32,000 bases of DNA from Paramicrosporidium saccamoebae KSL3 (GCA_002794465.1 MTSL01000169.1:16546-48545); one strand, 5' to 3'. Positions 1 to 10,838 are shown, counted from the stretch's first letter. Notes: a model not told the origin generated them from the letters alone. A program made the numbers and translations.

Positions 1-125
1 AATGAAATATCCATTCTTTATCTGGTGCCATATGTCACCTGTCAGTTATTATAGTGCTTTATACGGTTATTCTAATCTCAGCAAAAGTCTTATGGCTTAT
101 GAATCACAGGAATCACGGTTGTGAG

Positions 126-778
126 CTAGGGCTTCTTGGAAACACCAACATCGGCAGGACGGATCACTCGTTGGTTCAACATATAACCCTTCTTTTGCAC
201 CGCCACAATTGTCCCCGCATCTACGTCCCCTTTTGGCACTTCATACAGTGCATTGTGGGAATTCGGATCAAATTTTTGATGCATCGGGTCAATAATGCTC
301 AGTCCATGACGTCCAAACACCCTGTGCAGCTCGTCCATTGTCATGGAGAGTCCAGACACCAAGTCGTCTAGTCGTTTCTCGGCCGGCACCGATGTATCGG
401 GCTTGGTGCTCCCGAGAGCCATCTCCAAAACGTCAGCAACTGACACAATATCTTTGCAGAAACGCTGAATGGCAAATTGACTGGCCGCCTCAATATCTCT
501 CTTTGTCCGTTGTCGCAGATTCTCCATGTCTGCCAGCGACAGCAAGTATGAATCCTATGCGTTAGAAGCAGTTGCGATGGTACTTTGAGCTCTTTAAGCT
601 GTCCATCCTTCTCGGCCAAATCCTTTTTGAGGGCATCTATCTCTGAAACGGACCCGCCGTTGCTGGTCTCTTTCTGTTCGGTAGAGTACAGTCTTCTTCC
701 CACGACTGCGCTTCTAGTCTTTTGGGCTACATTAAATGTTCTGCTGGCTAGGCAGACTCGTCTCAACGCCTGCATCAT
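126..778 (-). CDS. MGE1: Mitochondrial GrpE co-chaperone (Mge1); 2 exons, intron 555-583 (29 nt)
   Basis: Joining ORFs 368..778 and 126..545 over GTACC...CTAAC...ATAG gives LKELK|DSYLLSLADMENLRQRT...KFDPNSHNA...KGYMLNQRVIRPADVGV (GrpE motifs). The N-terminus is Arg/Ser-rich and presequence-like. Confidence 0.95.
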
Positions 779-841
779 AATGACGCTACAAAATGGCTCG
801 AATTCAAAATAAAATATTCTCTTTCTTAGACATGGGTCTTT

Positions 842-847
842 AAAAAA
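842..847 (-). terminator. Pol III poly-T terminator of tRNA-iMet
   Basis: T6 run on the minus strand 7 nt after the discriminator base. Confidence 0.75.
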
Positions 848-854
848 GGAAACT

Positions 855-926
855 TAGCAGCGAAAGGTTTCGATCCTCCGACCTCGGGGTTATGGGCCCC
901 GCGCGCTCCCACTGCGCCACGCTGCT
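855..926 (-). tRNA. Initiator tRNA-Met (CAT)
   Basis: Cloverleaf AGCAGCG...CGCTGCT-A with A1:U72, three consecutive G:C pairs in the anticodon stem, CCCATAA loop and ATCGAAA T-loop (A54/A60). Confidence 0.97.
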
Positions 927-1325
927 TGCTGAACTACTATTATGTGTATTTTTCATGTAATTTTCACAGCAAAATGCTACGAGTTGCCAGTGTTTCACAG
1001 CACAAAACTTAATAGCGGACCCTGTCACTCTGTTGATTGGTCATCAACTACAATAGGTTCATTAGCAGTAATCTCGTCTAATAAACAACCTTGTTCACAC
1101 CTGCCCATCGCACATGTTTATTAGCATCTTTGGTCAGGTGCATACAAATTCTTATGGACCCCACTGTAAAGTAGTGAAATAACTGGTCGGGTGGTAGGTG
1201 ATGGACCAAATGCAGGATGACTGATTGATATTAGGTATTGGTTACGCGATCAAATGTAGAAGTGAGAGACGAGATGAGTGGCCTCCCAACGTTCGACATT
1301 TTTCTTACCACACAACGTCAAAATG

Positions 1326-3283
1326 CTATTTCATGTATTTCTGGATTAAATTTGTCACTTCAGGTCGATCCCCAAGACACTTTAGACAGTCTTCTAGCTT
1401 CCGCAATAAAACCTCCACCTCATCCACTAAAGGTATCTGAAGGGATATCTTGGACCTCCATCGTGTTCCCTCCTTTTCGCGCACGGCTAGCTGATCAAAC
1501 TGAACAGAGCCTCCTTCACGCTGTAAGAACGAGACCAGGTCTGTTTGTAGATGAGCCAAGCTCGGGTTTTCAAAGACAGACAGATCTGAAGCAAACCGTA
1601 AATAGATTTCGCAATCTCTTAAGAACGAGACGGAGGCTCGAGTGTTTGGGGGACAGCATTTGAGCAACGTTGTTTGGAGAAGCTCTTTCCATTTGGAATC
1701 TGTAAAGTCGAGGCTGGGCACTAGAGCCGCCGATGATATCAAGGACATTGAAATGAATGGAGGCAACTTTTCTATACAATTTAACAAGTCTGGTGTCTCA
1801 ATGGGCTCAAAGTATTTTAGCGATAATCGCAGTGCCCGTCCGCACAGAGCTATTAGCCTTGGGCATTTAGCTCGCTCCAAAACCGTCTTGACTGTGGCCC
1901 GCAGTTCACGGCACGAGGTGGGTTGTGGGAATTCAGTGCAGAAATTTGTAGCTGCAGCTAACGGCCAATAAAAGAGCCTGTCATCCAAATCGGCAGATTC
2001 GGTGTGCATCTTCAAGATGAGATCCAAGGAATCTCGAAAACTTTCTTTCACAAGCTACAAAGTAAGTATGGCATCACGATTCGTACCTGCTTCAGAGCAG
2101 CCTTCTCAAGGTGAGCCAATACGACCAGTCCCTCGATAGTTCCAAAGTCCCTTACATCTTTAATTCTAGACCGTGACAACAGCTTCTTCAATACAATCCT
2201 TAACAAGAGAAGTTCCCAGTTTTGTTCTGGTTGGAAACTGTGCTGAGCGACTAGAGCGGCAAGTGTCTTTGCAATCCGGAGAGATTTTTGTTCTTCCTTG
2301 ACGCTCCACAAAGTGGTGCAAAGATTCATCCAGAATCCCAATTGGACTACCGAGTAGCTTTTACTCTGACGGACGCCACTAGCCGAATCTACGTCCATTG
2401 CTTTAGTCTTTGTATTTAGCAAGGCTCCTCCAACGGTGCCAGGAGCGTAATGCTCGTTCTTGACAATTGGCCTCAGACTCTCACCCAGATCTGCTGGCAC
2501 TGGGCAATCGGGGCCGCTTCGAAAGGGGAGAGAGAGTAAATCGGCAACAAGAGAGCCGTCCGGCTGGGTTTGGATTATGGCTACAATGTCAGCGAGGGAG
2601 GAATGAGGAATCTTGATGCGTTTTAGCGAATACTTGTTCAGCTTTAACGAGGCTCTTACAAATTGAAACCATTTGCCGAGATCAAACAGCTGTGAATTTT
2701 TGGACACTGTGGCGCAATGCTTCAGTAATAGAGTCAGAGCACATACTCTAATATCATCGCCAATTGTAGGGTTCTTTGCAAGCACCTTGAGACAACACTG
2801 CCACAAACTGATAGAATTTAAATCAGTTGGATCAAGCAGCTCCATCACCTTCAAGCATCTTTCGGTAATTGACCTGTACAAATTGGCATCAGAGGCGTAT
2901 GGGCCGGTTAGAATGACGCAGAGTAGACTGGAGGCATTTGACGTGAATGCACCGGAAAGATTCAGCGGGACAAATGACAGCCCGACCCGGCACAGATTTA
3001 ATGCAGTGTCAATTATTAATATCACCTCTTGAACAGCGACCTTTCCAGACCCGCAAGCTTCAATTACTTCGGGAAACAGCGCAATCGCCTAAAATATAGC
3101 GGGCAATGACTAGTGATACAGATACAACTGCATTATCCACATCCACAGTCTGCCCACAATTGAGACGTGTAGAAATGGCCTCTAGCTGGTTCACTTTCTA
3201 CCAAATTATTGTATCAATCAAGAGTGTACATCGGAAAGACCCCGAATAAGATGGCCTGCGGGTACGCGCTCTTCAAAAGTCAT
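1326..3283 (-). CDS. Hypothetical Leu-rich, probably alpha-solenoid protein (about 620 aa); inferred introns 3198-3229, 3089-3125, 2055-2086
   Basis: ORFs 2048..3025 and 1326..2051 join in frame over a 32-nt GTACG..TAG intron (ALKQ|LVKESF). Two further GT-AG introns extend the frame to an ATG at 3283. No family recognised. Confidence 0.65.
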
Positions 3284-3316
3284 GCAGCCCCTGATTGGTT
3301 GCCCTGCAGCTCTTAA

Positions 3317-3691
3317 ATGACGATAGCAGAGAGCTCCGACAACCATGTGCCAAAGCCATATCAAATCCCACACTTCTCCGGTCCCAAGACGACTGAGGAA
3401 TACATGGAGGAAGCAAAGAACTGCGACAACCCGAATACACTCTATATGGACAAAAAGTCGGAGCGCAGCCGAGAACTGCTCATCTTTATGGGAGAGACCA
3501 ATATTTGGGAGGATATCTTGCAAGATTGCGTTAATCGTGCCGGTGTGAATGCAAGCGGTGCTTGCGCAAAGTTGCATGAAATTGTTGATGAGCGAAACAA
3601 GTATTATAATTCAAACTTTAATGCTGGTCTGAGGCCCACAAAAACTCCTGGAATCCCCCCAATATTTGAACGACGGCCTCCGCCATCATAG
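3317..3691 (+). CDS. NDUFB10: Probable complex I accessory subunit NDUFB10/PDSW-like
   Basis: RE..(x)..E..I.E..L..C-x11-C pattern with GVN (CVNRAGVNASGAC), recalled as typical of NDUFB10; 124 aa. Confidence 0.55.
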   Translation: MTIAESSDNHVPKPYQIPHFSGPKTTEEYMEEAKNCDNPNTLYMDKKSERSRELLIFMGETNIWEDILQDCVNRAGVNASGACAKLHEIVDERNKYYNSNFNAGLRPTKTPGIPPIFERRPPPS

Positions 3692-3843
3692 CAAGTTTTG
3701 GAGATAGAGAACTCTCCCGATACACCTCCTCGAGTTACTTTGGTCATAAACGCATAATTTATTAATTGTTTTGTTAAGTTGCGAGGTTGGTTGGTTGGAA
3801 GTAAAGAGCCTTTTACTATTTCTGTTACACACAAATTCACGCA

Positions 3844-5289
3844 ATGTCCCATATTTTTTACAAGTTCAAGTCTGCAAAGGACTATGACGCGTACAAGTTT
3901 GATGGAGCAGGCATCCCGGTTTGGGAGCTGAAGAGGGAAATTGTGCAAGCCAAAAAGTTGGGAAAGTCAACCGACTTTGATTTAATCCTCACTAACGCCC
4001 AGTCTAGCGAAGATTACACTGACGACATGAAAATTATCCCAAAAAATGCACAAGTGGTTGTAAAAAGAGTCCCTGCCGCAGCAGGAAAGAGGATGCCGGC
4101 ATTCCAACCTAGGGCGCCATCAACCTTTTCGACCATTACCCGGCCCTTTATGGCAACGCCTTCAACAGCCGGCGCCACTGGAGATGAAGATTCCAAAATT
4201 GCAGCCATGATGGCTGCTACGGGAAGCCACTGGGAGCAGAATCAGCAGGACATGCCTATGCAGCAGCAAGGGCCACGCCGCTTCTTCCGACCTCCCAACT
4301 TTAGAGGTCAAGCAGCCCAAGCCCCACCAGATACATATGTTTGCTATCGTTGTGGCCAAAAAGGTAAGATCCTGCCATGTCCGCTCTGACAATATTTAGG
4401 TATCCATGATCTTATAATAGTTTTAATAAGTTTGTACGTAGGCCATTATATTCAATATTGTCCAACTAATGCTGATCCGACATTTGATAGGACTCGAGTG
4501 AGGAAGACTACTGGCATTCCCAAAAGCTTCCTCAAGCCAGTCAGCAGTGAAGCCGCAGATCCCTCTTCGTCAGCAGCAGTGCTGGTGACGCCGGAAGGAA
4601 ATTTGGTAGTGGCAGCACCAAATGAGCGCGAGTGGGACCGAATTTCCACAATCAAATCATTGGCAGATACTGCGGCGTCAATTCCTCCCGAGGCAGTTCC
4701 TCAAGAACTCAAATGCGCTTTGGGCGATCATTTGTTAAACAATGCGGTTCGAGTTCCCTGCTGTACAGCGGCATTTTGTGACGATTGCATGAGGAAACTT
4801 TTTGAGGAATCTAGCACCAGTGCCGGCGCTGCTACTACTGGAATTGTGTCCATCGAATGTCCTAGTTGCAAGAAGCAGATCATCCAGGATAAAGTATTGC
4901 CTCATGAGGAGCTTCGTGCCAAGGTTATCCTGTTCCTCGAGAGTCACAATAAGTTTGCCCTGCCCAAAGAGAATAATGAGGAGGGGATTTCGGCCCAAAA
5001 GAGCCCCATGATGAACGAACCCCCCAAACCATCGCCGCCATTACCACCACACATGTTCCCCCCGGGAATGCCACCCCTTCCGTTCTTCTTGCCAGGATTC
5101 TTACCTCCTGGCCTGCCACCAATGTTTCCCCACCCACACCATCCAGTTAAGCGAGGAGCACACGATGATCGTCGTGGACGCGATCGATCACAATCTCCTT
5201 CTCGGTCCAGGTCTAGATCGCCGAAGCGAGGAAGGCAACGCTCGAGGTCACCAAGACGGCGTTCCTATTCCAGATCGAGATCACCTTGA
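3844..5289 (+). CDS. MPE1: MPE1/RBBP6 cleavage-polyadenylation factor (DWNN, zinc knuckle, RING-like, Pro-rich, RS tail); complex intron 4364-4441
   Basis: DWNN start MSHIFYKFKS...LKREI. Splicing 4364-4441 restores the knuckle CYRCGQKGHYIQYC. PCC..FCDDC..CPSC RING-like region; RS dipeptide C-terminus. Confidence 0.93.
4364..4441 (+). other. Complex intron made of two abutting GT-AG units (4364-4399 and 4400-4441)
   Basis: GTAAGA...CTGAC.AATATTTAG|GTATCC...TACGTAG. Each unit falls in the size range of the other introns in the window. Confidence 0.7.
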
Positions 5290-5604
5290 TCATAGATAAA
5301 CTACAGGATTTATTGATTTCTAAAATTACCAAACATGGGAGTGCATAATTGAGTAAATGTTTCTTTGATTCTCCCTCACCTCGGTCCCAGATAAGCTACC
5401 GATGTACAGTAATGAAATGATTAGCTGGGTGATATGTGGTGAGCCCTACATGGAGACAAGAGATGCAGGATGCGAAACGAAAGGCGCGAAATGGAAAACA
5501 CGAAATAAAAGGTGAGAGACGGAAAGATTGACCCTTTACCCATGCCTTGGCATCTTTCCCACTATATATCATATTCCCAGCTTCCACCTCCCAAATCTCA
5601 ACTC

Positions 5605-5631
5605 CCACCACACAACACACCACACCACACA
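5605..5631. repeat. Low-complexity CA/CACCA tract
   Basis: ccaccacacaacacaccacaccacaca upstream of the TMEM115-like gene. Confidence 0.6.
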
Positions 5632-5760
5632 TCGCATGATTGATCGATTTCTTAGTATAATCCAAATCCGCCAAATTTCTAAAATTAGAAGTGTTTTACC
5701 AAATATGGGAATACATAAAACTAGACTAATGGTCGCGTCCCCGCAACCACAACTAATCAT

Positions 5761-6779
5761 ATGTCTCTCCGATTTTCGCTCGACTCTGTGCCCAAGTCTA
5801 CAAAAGTTCTGGTTGGCACCTTCTTAGGTCTCTATGCCATTTATCGGATTACTGGAGTGCCAATGTCGGTGACACCGGGATTACAAATGTTCCTCAAACC
5901 GTGGACATTTCTAACTGCCACATTCTTCCTTCCAGATTTGCTATCCGTAAGCCCCTCCAACTCTTGTAAATGGTGGTAGATTATCCTAGTAGTACCTGGT
6001 GTGGTCTTGTGTACCACTAGATTGGAACGCACAACTCAGCCCGCCGAAATGCTGCGTACCTGCGGGATTGCAGCATGCCTTTCCACTGTTGTGACCGCCA
6101 TGATCTATACATTTAAATCAATGCTCATCAACTTGGAGGAGTACTACTAGACGCCTTTATTAATGCTGCTAGATACGACATTGTCACAATATCGGGGCCG
6201 ATGGCACTCTTTGGTTCATTTGCCGTGAGCATTATGCAACAAAGCCCCGATGCAACCTTTTTGATGCTCCCAAACATTTCCATCTCCGCAACTATGCTGC
6301 CAGCGGGAGTGCTCATTATTGCGCTTCTCTCGTCGCTGGCTGTGCAGTCATTTGCCCCATTAATTTTGTCGACAGGTGGAGTACTCAGTACGTATTGGTA
6401 TTTGCGATACATACGAATTGTTGATGGCCATAAAGGCGACCGATCGATTGGAATGTCCTTCTCCATCATGTTCCCTCCCATCCTGAGACCTCTGGGCGAA
6501 TTGCTAGCCGAAAGGTCTTACCAGATTGCAGCAAAGTATGACAAATGGTCCTTATTGCAGGACACTGATCTCGAAGGGCGTCCAACAACTCGTCGGCTGT
6601 CAGCACAGGAAGAAGGAAGACGCCGACAATTGGCATTGCAATTATTGAATGAAAAAATGTCGCAAAAGCGCGAGAAGGAGGGGGCACCGGAGATTCTAGA
6701 AGAATTGACCCAATCAAGCACAGGGAATCCAAACATTCCATTGGAGACTGGTCGTCCTATGATGCTTCAGCAAGCATGA
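5761..6779 (+). CDS. TMEM115/DUF1751-like (rhomboid-superfamily) membrane protein; introns 5947-5979, 6141-6172
   Basis: PWTFLTATF motif, hydrophobic segments and C-terminal RRRQLALQLLNEKM. Both GT-AG introns restore a single frame. Confidence 0.75.
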
Positions 6780-7252
6780 TCCTCTCAGAGCAGAGCGGAG
6801 CCGAGAGCTACTAGTATCTCGATGCATGATGAAAACAGAACATGGTACTATTACACTCTTGTACTCCTGTAATAAATGGCCACCATAATACTCATTATTA
6901 CCCAATCACAAAGAACCCATATCGGCCAATTATGCTATAGCAAGTCTAATGCCCCGTCGGGGTCCAATAGCATCTCAGTGCATAACGGAAACAGGAGAAT
7001 GTAATAAATATCCAACCAACGGTAGCCGCCTTAATAATAGTGACACCCCCTCCCCCCGCGAATAACCTTCCTAATCCGGTACATCCGTAATATCCTGCAA
7101 TTAACTAGATTAATTTAGCCGGAACAACGCAGATTAGGTAAACAGATTAAATTGCCGTCACACTCTCAGCACTCATCCACCACTAGGCTAGACGCAACTC
7201 CAATACCTTTACAATCTACTCTGTCACTTGCCACCCTAGAAGAACTACTAAA

Positions 7253-9314
7253 ATGCAGCCCTCCATAGAGTCCGCACCCGAGGTTCTTGTGGGCACTCGT
7301 CCAAAATGGAACAGTATCGTAAAGTCCGACGACCAAGACCGAATCGGAAAGCCAATAGTCATGCCCGGCATGCAGTCCAACCAGCGCTCACGGGTATGCA
7401 ATTTATCAGGACGTTTATTAATTCGGTAGAGCGAGTCAGTTCCGGAAATCAGGACCACCTGTGCCACAAGTCCCGAGGGCTCCTTGCTGTTGTCGTCAAA
7501 CCTTGGAGCTGACTCTTTGTCCAAAATGTTGGACATTTCCTTGAAATGGGACCAGCCTGACCAGGCAATTTCGCCGCTGAGTCCATTAAGGTCGCCGATT
7601 GTGGCCGATTGGAAGGCCGTGGGCAGTCCCATTGCCCCACCGAGCCAGGACGAGAAGAAAATGTTTAACGGACCATCATCCGAAGCAACAGCGAACAAAA
7701 GTCCACCAAGCGAAACAGCCTCCCGCATCCGTCGACAGCGCGCAATGAGTCTTAGCGAGAAGGGCGTCTTTTCGCAGCGACCATTCTCTCCATTCGACTT
7801 GCAAAAGCTAGAGATCGATTCGCTGAATGGGGAGCCGGAAAAGTCTAGCATTAGTAATGCAACAAGCCCTGACAAGCTCGGCCGACCCAATTTGTCGTTG
7901 CAAGTGGCTCAGCTTCCTCCAGAACTTCACAAAGAACTTGGCGTGGAGAACGCCGACGAGGCTACTGAGATATTTAAGCGTTCATCGATGGATTCCCTCC
8001 GAGTAAAGAACACTAGCCAAAGCCCCATTGACAGTGACTCGTCCCCGGCGAAACAGCCACTAAGCACAATGCCGAGTCTATTCGGCCGAATGCCTTTTGG
8101 CCCTGCTGCAATGGTTTTTGGCTCTGAACAGCAGCCACCAAAGGATGCAGCCGAGAGCGAGGATATGGACGAATTGAAGGGGGACGGATTTGGTCGCCGG
8201 CATAGTTCCCTTTTCGGCCTTCCTGCAGACTGGTCTAATGAAGCCCCGTCAGAGTTTTCTGTAGATGATTATTTTACAAATGCCACTCTCTCCAGGTACA
8301 TTAGTGTATATTTACTGAGCGTATAGGTCTTCCTCGACTAGAGCACATCCTCGGCGTCATTCCATCGCAGCCACAGCTCTCTTCCCCGAGGTTGAAGAGC
8401 ATTTGGGCTCATTGTCATTATCGTCAAATCACCTCGAGTCTAGCCTAAGCCCTTCGGCTGCCTCATTCCACTTTCGAGGATATGGTTCACAGTCGGCAGC
8501 CTCCATTCTGGACTACATGTCAATGGCTTCTTCAGGTGATGATATGATTGGCAGTCTGCATGGAGCGTCATATCCGTCCATCTCTTCGTCTTCAATGCGC
8601 GATGCAAGCTTTCAACTATCCTCTTACAAAGGCCCTCTTTATGCAGTTGAATTCAAGGCCGGAAGAACCGAGATTTTCTATGTATTGGAGATTGACGGCA
8701 AGCCGCAATTGCGTGGAGTCCGAGTGGGAGATTTGGTCATTGTAGAGGCCGACAGAGGCGAAGACTTGGGCAAAGTGACCATTGAGATTACAGTGGACAA
8801 GTTGAAGCAGCTCATGATGCCCGGGTCTGAGGCCCACAATCGAGCTGACAAGGACAGTGATATTCTGACCCCCGAACTGGCCGCTTTGGTCCACTCCAAG
8901 GAGATTGTTCCCAAGAGGATTCATCGATTGGCGCAGCAAAGCGATCTAAAACTTCTCCAAGCCAAAGCACAAGAAGAGGCCATTGCAATGGTGCGTTGTC
9001 AAAGTCGAATTCGCCAAAAGAAGCTGCCCATGGAAGTCGTCGATGCCGAGTATCAATGGGATCGTAACAAGCTGACTTTTTACTTTTGTGCCGATCGTAG
9101 GATTGACTTCCGTGAGCTCGTCCGCGATCTCTTCCGCATTTACAAGACTCGAATTTGGATGTGCGCTGTGGACAAGAGCAGTCCTCGTATGCTAATGTAT
9201 ACTTCACCAAGTGGTGCTGCTGGTTCAGCTTCACTAGGGATGAGCAGTGGAGATGCGTCCGTTCCGTCCACCACATTCTTCTCCTTTGGAGGAGGACATC
9301 CAAATCTATCCTAG
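7253..9314 (+). CDS. PSP1-family protein with C-terminal PSP1 domain; introns 7394-7429, 8296-8326
   Basis: VEFKAGRTEIF, GDLVIVEADRGEDLG, DAEYQWDRNKLTFYF...RIDFRELVRDLFRIYKTRIWM. Long Ser-rich N-terminal region; introns restore the frame. Confidence 0.88.
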
Positions 9315-9494
9315 ACCGGCTCCGCTTGCTGTAGTATCTTTGACCACCCACCCACTATTACTGTTGATTGCACTTTTTATACATCTGGCCATGATGCTGG
9401 TCTAGATTAAAAATAGATGGTAGACCGCTTAGTTTGATAGCCACCGAGGCTGTAAATAAAAAAAGCTCGTTATTGTGAGTTGCTGCCAAGCTGA

Positions 9495-9564
9495 TAACCT
9501 CTATACTCTATCTGGCAACCCCTAATAATATAACCTATACTCTATCTGTCAACCTCCAATAATA
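9495..9564. repeat. Imperfect tandem duplication (36+34 bp) upstream of RPL3
   Basis: TAACCTCTATACTCTATCTGGCAACCCCTAATAATA followed by TAACCTATACTCTATCTGTCAACCTCCAATAATA. Confidence 0.85.
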
Positions 9565-9617
9565 TATCACTATATAACACGGCACGGCCAGGGTCAGAAT
9601 ACCTCGTTTCATTTCAA

Positions 9618-10838
9618 ATGGTATGCCTCGTCATGTCGGTTCATCCATCTAACTCTATGTAGTCTCACCGTAAATTCGAAGCTCCCCGTCACGGTTCTCT
9701 CGGGTTCTTGCCCCGCAAGCGCGCTGCCCGCCAGCTCGGCCGCATCAAGGCCTTCCCCAAGGATGACGAGAAGAAGCCCTGCCACTTGACCGCCTTCATT
9801 GGCTTCAAGGCTGGTATGACTCACGTCGTCCGCGATCTTGAGCGTCCTGGCTCCAAGATGAACAAGAAGGAGATTGTTGAGGCCGTCACCATCATTGAGA
9901 CCCCTCCCATGGTTATTGTGGGATTGGTCGGATATGTCGAGACTCCTCGTGGTCTTCGCTCCGTCACAACCGTCTGGGCTGAGCATCTCAGCGATGACAT
10001 CCGTCGTCGTTTCTACAAGAACTGGTACTGCAGCAAGCGCAAGGCCTTCACGAAGCACGCCAAGAAATACAGCGTCGAGTCTGGAAGCGCCATCACAGCC
10101 CAGCTTGAGCGCGTGAAGCAGCACTGCACTGTTGTCCGTGTCTTGGCTCACAGCTTGCCGCGTCGCGTCTCCACAGGCCAGAAGAAGGCTCATCTTGTGG
10201 AAATCCAGGTGAACGGTGGAACCGTCGCTGACAAGGTTGACTGGGCATATCGCCACTTTGAAAAGGAAGTCGAGGTCACTTCCTTGTTCGAACAGGACGA
10301 GAACGTTGATGTCATTGGTGTTACTCGCGGAAAGGGATTCGAGGGAGTCACTGCCCGTTGGGGAACCCGCAAGCAGCCCCGCAAGACCAACAAGGGTATC
10401 CGCAAGGTTGCCTGTATTGGAGCGTGGCATCCGTCTCGCGTAATGTTCACCGTTGCCCGCGCTGGTCAGAACGGATTCCATCACCGTACTGAGATGAACA
10501 AGAAGATCTACCGTCTTGCCAAGGGTACTGATGCCAACGGTGCCTCCACCGAATTCGACTTGACCGCTAAGGGTATTACCCCCATGGGTGGCTTCCCTCA
10601 CTACGGTGCCGTCAAGCAGCATTTCCTCATGATCAAGGGTTGCTGTGCCGGTACCAAGAAGCGTGCTCTGATCCTCCGTAAGTCTCTGGTTGTCCACACC
10701 AGCCGTGCCTCTTTGGAGAAGATTAAGCTCAAGTTCATCGACACCTCCTCCAAGTTTGGTCATGGTCGTTTCCAGACCTCCGAGGAGAAGCGCTCCTTCA
10801 TGGGAACCCTCAAGAAGGATTTGGAACAGAAGGCTTAA
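9618..10838 (+). CDS. RPL3: 60S ribosomal protein uL3; intron 9621-9662 directly after the ATG
   Basis: ATG|GTATGC...CTAAC...TAG|[20 protein letters not shown]; [11 protein letters not shown]; [10 protein letters not shown]. Confidence 0.99.

Noticed and set aside
1238-1663. Plus-strand ORF with a faint ubiquitin-like phrase (LSLQVDPQDTLDSL)
   Set aside because: Mostly antisense to a longer spliced gene; the resemblance covers about 14 residues with no other ubiquitin features.
5290-5760. Purine/pyrimidine-skewed spacer as a possible snRNA, or RPL41-like microgene
   Set aside because: No U1/U2/U4/U5/U6, Sm-site or box C/D signature found, and no ATG-led RPL41-like frame.
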